From assembly GCA_965644495.1 (NCBI GenBank), contig CBFFSA010000001.1, positions 248,001-312,000 on the forward strand: 64,000 bases of DNA, read 5' to 3'. The position numbers and the translations under genes are program-made. The notes below the pieces were generated by a model. It saw nothing but the letters and a program-made list of their open reading frames with translations, did no database searches and had not been told where the DNA came from. Position 1 is the stretch's first letter. Every line of letters begins with the position of its first letter. Below, piece by piece: positions 1-9,024 of the stretch. The DNA comes from Perkinsela sp. CCAP 1560/9 (Eukaryota > Protista > Euglenozoa: Kinetoplastea).

Positions 1-871
1 CAGGAGCGAAAATTTGGAACAAGGAACGGAGCTGACCAAAAGAAGAGTATTCGAGAAATACTTCGTACAGGAGTTTGGTGTCCATGTCATGATTCTAGGA
101 GTGAGTAAACTACGTGTCCTTACGCATAATCGATATGGGCAGTACGCATGACCATGATGTAGTATAGTATGGCCATGATTACATACACAAGTATCTGATG
201 GGCAATGTGTCGGGGGTACGTATCGCGAGCTTCCACGTGTGGGTACGTCCGTATCTTATTTCACGGATTTCTTGCACTCATTTTTGTACATAGGATACTA
301 TTCGATGTCGTTTTCCGCAGTCGACTCACTGTAGCATAAAATATGCACCGCGCTTCAGCTGCACTGGACTTTAATGATCAAGCATACTCTTTTTTCCTCA
401 CTGAGGAATTCTACGACAACTAGTCGAACGTTTCCGCGTCAAACCCAAGTGAAGATTTACTGTATAGAAGTAAGAATCGGTAGAACAGTTCATAAAAGTT
501 TTGTGGTAAAACTTATTTGAGTTCTTGCTGATTTCTCAAGTAGAATGAAGCAGATGATAAATATTGTATGCTTTCGTGCGACTTCTTGAGCGTACCTAAT
601 GTACGCCCTTTTGTGAGATGTGAATTAATTCAAATTGAATGATTCAATGGATGTTCATTGGGCTGACTGAAAACTTTACTGAAATTGTCAAATAGCAACA
701 CGTGTCCTCATCTCCCTTTCACATCGAATTCTTTTTCCGAATCGATTCGTAAATTTTGAACGCTATCTGCGCAACTGTGATTCTGCATTACATCGTATAC
801 TGTGTAATAAAAATTTACACATTTGTATTACTATAAAGGTAAGATAATACCCAACAAAAAAATAAAATCGT

Positions 872-1480
872 ATGTATTCCTCCAAGAATTTCTTAATGTT
901 TGGTCACATTGCATCATCGGACCCGCAACGTCGCTCTAAAGTTCGACTTGCGAAAGTGAGCGGAACATTTCTACCTGCAGAGTATAATTTAATACGACTC
1001 ATTGAAACTGTCGAAAATTGTCATCCTACCTGGAGCACGAATACACCCGCCTGCGAGTGGAATGGAATAGCGTGTGATAAAAAAGGTTCCTTGGAGAAAA
1101 TTTTCTGGTTCGATGATAACTTGTATGGAGTACTAAACTGGAGGTATTTGCCTTTGGGATTAAGACACTTGAATGTTGCCGAAAATCTACTTTGTGGTGA
1201 TGTACTTTTTGACTGTTTGCCTGTAGCCTTGGTTTCGCTCTATTTGTCTGCAAATCGTTTCAGCGGAACTCCCTGCCTTTCTCACCTACATGAACTGCGC
1301 ACGGTTGATTTGAGTCAAAACGAATTTGTGGGGTGGGTCGATGTTAATGCAATTCCATCGTCCGTGAGTCTTCTTTACTTAAGTGGAAACTTGGGACTCA
1401 AAGGCACACTAAACTTAGAACTCTTCGGTGAGGATTTGATATATGATATTAGCGAAACACAAATTGAAACAACTTTTTAG
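872..1480 (+). CDS. Leucine-rich repeat protein (LRRNT-like cap W..GxxC plus LPxxLxxLxLxxNxFxG repeats)
   Basis: 202-aa ORF with 'HPTWSTNTPACEWNGIAC' cap and LxxLxLxxNxFxG repeats; paralogous to four other LRR genes in the window. Confidence 0.85.
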   Translation: MYSSKNFLMFGHIASSDPQRRSKVRLAKVSGTFLPAEYNLIRLIETVENCHPTWSTNTPACEWNGIACDKKGSLEKIFWFDDNLYGVLNWRYLPLGLRHLNVAENLLCGDVLFDCLPVALVSLYLSANRFSGTPCLSHLHELRTVDLSQNEFVGWVDVNAIPSSVSLLYLSGNLGLKGTLNLELFGEDLIYDISETQIETTF

Positions 1481-1943
1481 TATATTCTCCTGGAATGAAG
1501 CACGAACGTTCTTTGAAAGAGGCGTCGTAGCCTCGACCAGATGGGCTTGCCCTTTAAAGTATCGAATCATCTAGACTTTTCAGGTATTCTCGTGATTTTC
1601 AAGGCTAGATAAAATGTTCAAGGATAATATGTTCAAAGATAATATGTTCAAGGATACCTCAAGGTGGGACGGAAGCTCCGTAACGGAATTATCAGTTCCT
1701 GCTGTATATTATCGGGAACAATTCCCTTTAACGTGCTAGTACTTGGATTCGTGCGGTTTCTTCTGGTTTGAAGTGCTCTGGATTGGGGGGTAAGAATTTA
1801 GTTTTCCCCCATAAGATAAAACGGCGTACTTGTATGTCGATAGCTAGTCCAGCGAAATCGGATTTTTCTTTTTCTAGAATTTCGATAGGATATCCACATT
1901 AAAATTACTATATATTGTTGTTTATTGATTTATTTATTGTTGT

Positions 1944-2888
1944 TTGGTTGAACGAACCTTGTGACACAATGAGAAAAATACGGCACTATTCTACACTATT
2001 TATCTTGTTTTACAATATTCTGAATCTTTTCATAGTCAATAGATATTTTCGCACTCCATGAACATGTGCGGTGGAGCACGTAGAATATCTACTGCAGAAT
2101 CCGTGGTGCAAAAGAAAGCGCAAAGAGTTAGCAAAGTAAATTTGCCCGCAGACTTGTTATTAGTTCAGTTTCTTTCCAACATCGAAAATCCGCATTCTAC
2201 ATGGAAAGAGAAATTTCCTGTATCTTCTTGGGCAGGGGTTAGATGCAATGCAAATGGTCAAGTTGTTAGCATTTCGTGGAGTCGATATGGAATCCGTGGA
2301 AAGGTATCATGGTTTAGTCTTCCTTCGAGTGTGCAGAAAATCTTTTTGAACGACAACAAATTGTCTGGTACCGTTCTCCCCGCGGAGTTTCCGCCCGAGC
2401 TTCGAGTTCTCAATGTGTCGCTCAATCAATTTGGAAACACCTTAGATTTGGATGAGCTACCTTTGCATATGGAAGATTTGCATGGCCACCAAAATTACAT
2501 GATTGGCCCCATTCATCTTTCCGGCCTACCCTGTACTCTTGTATCTCTCATACTTTCGAATAACAAATTTAGTGGCGAGGTGGAACTTCGATATTTACCC
2601 CAATCTCTTCGAATAATTCTTCTTCATTCCAACAAGCTAACTGGAAATATTGAATTGGGCTCTCTCCCGAAGGCGATAACCAATATTTCTCTTAATAAAA
2701 ATCGCCTGACAGGGTGCATTTGCTTAAAAGCTCTTCCGCTGAGCTTGAAGTATCTCACCTTGCAAGATAATAAATTTACTGACTTTTCACATTTGGACTG
2801 CCTGCCCCCTGCATTGAAAGAACTTAAGCTAGGGTTAAATTGTTTTTCGAAGGATTTACTTGAAACCTTACCATCAGAATACAAATGA
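1944..2888 (+). repeat. Segmental duplication, copy 1 (copy 2 = 5494..6438, offset 3550). Downstream homology continues at 4110-4265 vs 6439-6474 + 8773-8888
   Basis: Direct sequence match starting at ttggttgaacgaaccttgtgacac; the 3' flanks realign once the inserted transposons are removed. Confidence 0.95.
2058..2888 (+). CDS. Leucine-rich repeat protein, tandem copy 1
   Basis: 276-aa ORF with about 7 LRRs; near-identical to 5608..6438. Confidence 0.9.
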   Translation: MNMCGGARRISTAESVVQKKAQRVSKVNLPADLLLVQFLSNIENPHSTWKEKFPVSSWAGVRCNANGQVVSISWSRYGIRGKVSWFSLPSSVQKIFLNDNKLSGTVLPAEFPPELRVLNVSLNQFGNTLDLDELPLHMEDLHGHQNYMIGPIHLSGLPCTLVSLILSNNKFSGEVELRYLPQSLRIILLHSNKLTGNIELGSLPKAITNISLNKNRLTGCICLKALPLSLKYLTLQDNKFTDFSHLDCLPPALKELKLGLNCFSKDLLETLPSEYK

Positions 2889-2894
2889 AAAAAA

Positions 2895-4109
2895 GGTGGG
2901 ATGGAACGAATAATGTACACTTTTTTTAAATAATTTTAAATTTTTATGAAATCCTTTTTTGTGTTTCCTAGGGTGATATGTATGAATTTTTTGGATTATT
3001 AGTCAATTTTTATCTTAAAATTACGGCTAGTATTGCTTCTCTAAGGTTTCAATGAACTGCACAGGTTGCCCTCGTTTTGATTGCGCTGCTCGAATTCGCT
3101 TGACTTCAGTCGGCTCTGCCACAGAGGAAACGTGTATGTTGTGGATGCGAAACCACAAACTCACTGTACAAAGCGTTTCCTGCGAGCGTGGGCATGAGCG
3201 GGTATTGTGTAATCTGAAGGGAGGCAAGTTCCACTGCCCAGTACGCTCCTGCCGCAATTTGATGTCACAGGACGGTCCTCTCAAGCACTCAAAGACAAAG
3301 GTGTCCGCAAAGCAGATTCTAATTGGGATCGTTTCCTTTTCTTATAGCATGCTGGGAACAGAAGTTGCAAAGGAAGAAGAAGTCTCTCAAAGAACTGTAG
3401 TTTTGCAAAGCCAAATTATCGAAAAATCATTGTCTGAGGTTCATAAAATCCGTCAGCGGAACGCCGAGGGAACAGTATCCTTTATGCAAGTCGATGAGAC
3501 GTGGTTCTCAAAGATCAAGCGAGGGGGAAAAAACCGAAACCAGCGGGTACGCGCTGGTGGTAGCCAGATAGTTCAGACTCTGGCCGAATGTACTCGTGAC
3601 AGCAAGCTGACGGAGATACATGTCACGCCTGTGCCTCAAAAAAGCGCAGAACACTTAATTCCCCCCATCGAGGCTATGTGTGCCTCCTCGCGTACGCGGA
3701 TCCATACCGACGGGGCCAGGCACAACAATTTTCTTGAAGGAAAGTATCAATGGGATTCGGTTATCCACAGAAATGAGTGGATCAGTGATTCCGGTGTGCA
3801 CACTAACACCGTAGAAGGAGCAAACAGCATGTTGAAGAGAACTTTGACGCGTTGTGGCGGCCAACTTGGTAGAAGCAATGAAAACCGGCATGAGCGTGTG
3901 CGCGCCCTGGCAGAAAAATGTAACGGATCTCTGCGGGTGAATGGAGCAAGTGTTTTGAAGCGAGTTTTGGAGGATCTTCGCGTGTATTGTGCGCATTATG
4001 TTCTGCAGTAAGAAGCATATTTTTTGTTAGATAATGATCGAAGGGAAAATATCGTCTTTTTAAAAATTCTGAAAACTGAAATTTTGTACATTATTCGTTC
4101 AATCCGACC
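2895..4109 (+). mobile_element. Merlin (IS1016/IS1595-like) DNA transposon, apparently complete
   Basis: 25-bp TIRs GGTGGGATGGAACGAATAATGTACA (2895-2919) / GGTCGGATTGAACGAATAATGTACA (revcomp of 4085-4109); 8-bp TSD GAAAAAAA at 2887-2894 and 4110-4117; absent from the paralogous LRR copy 2 flank. Confidence 0.93.
3052..4011 (+). CDS. Merlin/IS1595-family DDE transposase
   Basis: 319 aa; Cys-rich N-terminal Zn ribbon, then VDET, HTDG and HTNTVEG(ANSMLK) catalytic motifs typical of DDE_Tnp_IS1595. Confidence 0.92.
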   Translation: MNCTGCPRFDCAARIRLTSVGSATEETCMLWMRNHKLTVQSVSCERGHERVLCNLKGGKFHCPVRSCRNLMSQDGPLKHSKTKVSAKQILIGIVSFSYSMLGTEVAKEEEVSQRTVVLQSQIIEKSLSEVHKIRQRNAEGTVSFMQVDETWFSKIKRGGKNRNQRVRAGGSQIVQTLAECTRDSKLTEIHVTPVPQKSAEHLIPPIEAMCASSRTRIHTDGARHNNFLEGKYQWDSVIHRNEWISDSGVHTNTVEGANSMLKRTLTRCGGQLGRSNENRHERVRALAEKCNGSLRVNGASVLKRVLEDLRVYCAHYVLQ

Positions 4110-4450
4110 GAAAAAAATGAAAAAGTTTGAAGTAGGAAGATACCTTCTCAAGAATATGATGAAGTCGTTTATACACCCTTGATACACCATGTAAGGAATT
4201 TAATTTTTTTGAAAACATTTTTTTAAACAGTACACGGATAATTTACCCCACTTTTCTGTATTTTGTTAGTAATTTTTTGTATACCGTTACCCCCCATTAG
4301 ATATACTAGTACCCCACTTACCCGCTTTTGTGATGAAACCTCTGGGTCACGAGAGCACAAGTGGCATACTAGTTTACAGAGAATCTTTTCAGAATCTTTT
4401 ATTTAAAAAACTCAATAGTAAAGTTTTTAGCTTAAAAACTCTTAAAAATT

Positions 4451-4896
4451 TCAAGTGTTGTGCACAGTTGTACCTCGTTCGATACGCTGTGTTAGCTCGG
4501 TAATAGTTTTATCGCTTAATGGCAATTCCTCTGCAAGTGCCTTGCGAGTAGTCCCGCGTACCATGGACAGCACAACGTAGAACCCCTTTGCGCTCGCAGG
4601 CATGTTATCCTTCGTTCCTAGTTGAGATACAGAAGAAAGTTTAGCGTAGTTCTTGAGATATGGACCTAGGGCAGGAACACGTTTCTAGCACCTAGATGGA
4701 CATTTCAACATGCCAGCTTTAAGGTCTAGTACCATAACTACTTCCTTGCATTTGGGACAGACATGATTATTATAGACTACTCGATGTGTTATCAACTAAG
4801 CAGCTACAACGGCTTCATTGAAGGCATCTAAACCAAGAACAGTGCAGAGAACTGAACACAGAGAAAGTTCTCACACGCAGAACAGTTGAAATCCAT
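4451..4896 (-). pseudogene. Degenerate N-terminal fragment of a second, divergent Merlin transposase
   Basis: Manual minus-strand translation MDFNCSACENFLC.../...AA*LITHRVVYNNHVCPKC...LKCPSRC*...ALAEELPLSDKTITELTQRIE aligns with MNCTGCPRFDC...LWMRNHKL...FHCPVRSC...VAKEEEVSQRTV of 3052..4011; contains a frameshift and stops. Confidence 0.7.
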
Positions 4897-5106
4897 GTGA
4901 AAATCTTTGGTAAAGTGAATCAATATGGTGTATTACTGAGCCAATGTGGCGACGTAATGGTGACGTAATTTATAATGAAAATATGTTCTCTGATACGCTT
5001 AATATGGTTATAACTCTGTAAATAACGTAAAAACGTATCGGAACCATTTTCGAAAAAATCATTTTTTCGTCAAATCATTATCCCTACGGCCCGGAACACA
5101 GTAATA

Positions 5107-5327
5107 AACCCCGTACCGTTTTAAAGTACCTGTAGCTCGCTATTGTACCGGGGGGGGGGTACAATAAGTGGGAACGCTTGGTTTTATTGTACCTATTTTT
5201 ATTTTTCACTATTTTCGTTAATTTTCGGAATTTTTATTGTACCTGTAGCTACGTACACTATACTTTTGTATTGTACCTGTGGCTAGTTATTGTACCGGGG
5301 GGGGGTACATTAACCCGGACGGGGGTT
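5107..5327. mobile_element. MITE of the AAC...GTT / TA-TSD family (subfamily with TATTGTACC core)
   Basis: TA at 5105-06 and 5328-29; 24-bp imperfect TIRs (18/24); internal CCTGTAGCT repeats and TATTGTACC-Gn-GGTACA palindromes. Confidence 0.75.
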
Positions 5328-5607
5328 TATAATAAAGGAAAAAAAAGAAAAATATACCGTGGTGTTCAGCCTCTTTTACCCCTCCTCTGCAGGTCTTGTA
5401 TTTTGTCCGATTTTGGAAATATTTGGTATAACACCGTTCTTCGACCCAATCGTTCCGAATATGAGGTCCTTTTCACTCGAGCGCCTCCCTACCTTGGTTG
5501 AACGAACCTTGTGACACAATGAGAAAAATACGGCACTATTCTACACTATTTATCTTGCTTTACAATATTCTGAATCTTTTCATAGTCAATAGATAATTTC
5601 ACACTCC

Positions 5608-6438
5608 ATGAACATGTGCGGTGGAGTACGTAGAATAGCTACTTCAGAATCCGTGGTGCAAAGGAAAGCGCAGAGAGTTAGCAAAGTAAATTTGCCCGCA
5701 GACTTGTTATTAGTCCAGTTTCTTTCCAACATCGAAAATCCGCATTCTACATGGAAAGAGAATTCTCCTGTATCTTCTTGGGCAGGGGTTAGATGCAATG
5801 CAAATGGTCAAGTTGTTAGCATGTGGTGGAGTCGATATGGAATCCGTGGAAAGGTATCATGGTTTAGTCTTCCTTCGAGTGTGCAGAAAATCTTTTTGAA
5901 CGACAATAAATTGTCTGGTACCGTTCTCCCCGCGGAGTTTCCGCCCAATCTTCGACTTCTCAATGTGTCGCTCAATCAATTTGGAAACACCTTAGATTTG
6001 GATGAGCTACCTTTGCATATGGAAGATTTGTATGGGTATCAAAATTACATGACTGGCCCCATTCATCTTTCCGGCCTACCCTGTACTCTTGTATCTCTCA
6101 TACTTTCGAATAACAAATTTAGTGGCGAGGTGGAACTTCGATATTTACCCCAATCTCTTGAAATCATTGATTTTCATTCCAACGAGCTAACTGGAAATAT
6201 TGAATTGGGCTCTCTCCCGGAGGCGATCATCAATATTTCTCTTCAAGAAAATCGCCTGACAGGGTGCATTTGCTTAAAAGCTCTTCCGCTGAGCTTGAAG
6301 TATCTCACCTTGCAAGATAATAAATTTACTGACTTTTCGCATTTGGACTGCCTACCCCCTGCATTGAAAGAACTTAAGCTAGGGTTAAATTGTTTTTCGA
6401 AGGATTTACTTGAAACCCTACCATCAGAATACAAATAA
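5608..6438 (+). CDS. Leucine-rich repeat protein, tandem copy 2
   Basis: 276-aa ORF with about 20 aa differences from 2058..2888. Confidence 0.9.
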   Translation: MNMCGGVRRIATSESVVQRKAQRVSKVNLPADLLLVQFLSNIENPHSTWKENSPVSSWAGVRCNANGQVVSMWWSRYGIRGKVSWFSLPSSVQKIFLNDNKLSGTVLPAEFPPNLRLLNVSLNQFGNTLDLDELPLHMEDLYGYQNYMTGPIHLSGLPCTLVSLILSNNKFSGEVELRYLPQSLEIIDFHSNELTGNIELGSLPEAIINISLQENRLTGCICLKALPLSLKYLTLQDNKFTDFSHLDCLPPALKELKLGLNCFSKDLLETLPSEYK

Positions 6439-7282
6439 AAAGAATGAAAATGAGTGAGGTTGGAAAATATTTTCCAGAGGTCCGTAAAATCACAAAAACT
6501 ATTTTATAGTACTATTATAGTACTATTATAGTACTATAAACTTTGAAATACTATACAGGTGTATATTAAAACTATACACTGTATGTCTTTACTATTTTTC
6601 TTAGTAAGTTTTTTCTGAAAGTATTGCTTCAAATGCCGACTCGACGCAATTTCTTTTTGTCACTATGTTTCTCATCACTATGCCCAACAAGCGTCGTGGT
6701 CAAGCTCAAATCCTTTTTTCACACTTCGTTGAAGTCGATGGGGAAGTCGACCTACTTTAATTTCAGATGTGTTCCAGCCCAGACGCCTTGTCTTCTTAGG
6801 TCGCTTTTCCTGCCGAAGTATAATGTGTAAATGTGAAATAGGGGGTAAGTGATTCTTCAAATTTCTTCAAAAGATTATGAATTTTGCAGATATTGAATCT
6901 TGCAGGCTCTGCGATGTGTTTTTGTGTTTTACCTTGCCATTGAATACGCCACGTCTAGGATCCAACGAGTGATCTAAAGGGAACTCGTTGAAGGACAACT
7001 GTAATGCGGTTTGCACGGTACAAGGAAAGAGCATTATGGGAAGAACTTGTTGTGAGCTATAGGATCCCGTCTTTTTCCATTTCTGCACACAAACTACAAC
7101 CTTTTTCTCTTTTTCCTACGCGTCAGCGTAACCACACCACTTGCTCCACCTGACATCACGTGACCCCTCTAAGCCTCTACACCTCCATCGGCTCTCTCCT
7201 GCCCCGCGAAATTCCTTCAGGTCCATCGACCGATCTGTCTACCGCGCGCCTTTCTGGACATGAAACACTGATAAACACCATA

Positions 7283-7891
7283 CACTCAACACAATTATTT
7301 GTGTAACAAAAAACAGGAAAACAAAAATTTGTGAATTTTTTATTGTGCAACATTTTTAAAAATGGAAATTTCATTTTAATTTTTTTGCCCAAATTCTAAA
7401 ATCAAAACTTTTTTTAACCTAAAAGAGGGTCCGCTTTAGAATACCTGTGAGCTCGGGGGCATGGTATCGTGACCCAGGGCCAATAGCATACCCCCCCATG
7501 GTTTTTAGCAGTTCCCCTTGGTTTTCTTTAGCAGTTCTGAATGATTGTGCCTAAATCCTTTTTTATTTGTGTTTAACTTTCTTTTCAAACGCAAATATTT
7601 TATTAATACTTACCACGCGTCCGAATATACACACACATTACATTACTATTCACACCGAATTGCCTTCCATTACTATTCCAAATCTATCTGTGAATAGTGT
7701 GGCTTACCAGCGACCGTCCGGAGCAACCCGGAATGATTTGTATTGGATTGGATTTATCCATACCGCCTACATTTTCCTCAACAAAAAAAATTCTACACTA
7801 ATATTTGTGCAACAAAAATTGGTGAATTTTTTATTGTGCAACAATTTCAAAAGTTGCACAACAAAAAGTTCACAAATTTTTGCGAACACTG
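7283..7891. mobile_element. TA-flanked Tc1-type MITE nested in the hAT-like element
   Basis: Right end ...GAACACTG|TA; repeated AAAAATTTGTGAA(T/C)TTTTT(A/G)TTGTGCAAC motifs in inverted orientation at both ends; left terminus degenerate. Confidence 0.55.
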
Positions 7892-7912
7892 TATAGTTTT
7901 TATAGTACTATA

Positions 7913-8671
7913 CAGGGGGGATCACCAATATCGGGACACCTCCCATTTTTGGGCCGTGGGTCCGTTTCACCTGATTTTTGTTGCAAAAGAGAGATCTCGA
8001 CGAGAATATGATCGGAACGACATTTTGCGCCTATTTAAACACACTTGTAAAATATGGTATAAAAAAAATAAAAAAAATCTTCAAAAAATATGCAAATTTA
8101 TGTAAAAATTGTGCAAATCCCGTTAAAATTGTCTATTAAAGGATACAATTCTCTTTTATTAAGTTCCAAATGGGAAAACGACATAGATTAAACTTCCGTC
8201 ATGTATCCCCCGAGCATGCATCCTGCGGCACACGGATTGTGAGCGCGCACGAAGTGCATCAAGGCAAGTCTATGAGGGAAACAGCATGTATGATGAATTG
8301 CGGAAAGAGCAATGTTATATACCCAAGGCTATTGAATATCTCCTAACCGAAAAGCGGGATATCCTAGAGAAGACTCTGAAGAGCCTCCCAAAACGGTTAG
8401 AAGAGTTACGAAAGTGTAACGGAGGGGTTATTTCATACTAAATAACTTTTTCAATGCTTTTTAAGACATTTTTATCCACATTTTCAAATGTGCAAATTTT
8501 GAAAAAAATCATTTTTGTCGTACACACCCTACTTTTTATGTGTGTTTAAATAGGCGCAAAATGTCGTTCCGATCATATTCGCGTCGAGATCTCTCTTTTG
8601 CAACAAAAATCAGGTGAAACGGACCCACGGCCCAAAAATGGCGGGTGTCCCGATATTGGTGATCCCCCCTG
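7913..8671 (+). mobile_element. Internally deleted Tc1/mariner element with 132-bp TIRs
   Basis: TIRs 7913-8044 / 8540-8671 starting CAGGGGGGATC; TA TSD at 7911-12 and 8672-73; interior 8170-8441 joins a Tc1 N-terminal HTH (GKSMRETACMMNCGKSNV) to a Tc1 C-terminus (KSLPKRLEELRKCNGGVISY*). Confidence 0.9.
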
Positions 8672-9024
8672 TATAGTGTTTATAGTACTATAAACGAGGT
8701 TTATAGTACTATAAATTTTCTTGAATCACTATAAACTATCTATGAATAGTTTTAGGGACCTCTGATATTTTCTCAAGAATAAGATGAACTTGTTTATACA
8801 CCTTTGACACACCATGTAAGAATTTGACGTTTAAAAATCTTTTTTCTAAGCAGTACACGGATGATACCCCCCACTTTTCTCTATTTTACGTCTTGCCTAG
8901 ATTTAAGACAGGAGACAATAAGAAGGGAGGCAGCACGTATGTTCTGTAACAAGTTTTTCTTTACGAAACATTAAGGGTCTTTTGCAATAGAAATTATTAG
9001 AACAGTTCTAAAATATTTAATTTA

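Larger units (their letters stand above)
6475..8764. mobile_element. Non-autonomous hAT-like DNA transposon carrying two nested Tc1-type insertions
   Basis: 15-bp TIRs CAGAGGTCC(G/C)TAAAA; 8-bp TSD ATATTTTC at 6467-6474 and 8765-8772; subterminal TATAGTACTAT repeats at both ends; empty site seen in the paralogous flank near 4131-4150. Confidence 0.85.

Noticed and set aside
1-870. Possible 3' end of a gene entering the window
   Set aside because: + strand frames close within about 150 nt and show no recognisable motif
1612-1656. 16-bp triple repeat (atgttcaaggataat)
   Set aside because: Simple slippage repeat with no further structure
3052-4011. Bacterial IS1595 contamination
   Set aside because: Inserted with a TSD into a eukaryotic LRR locus whose empty site is seen in the paralogue
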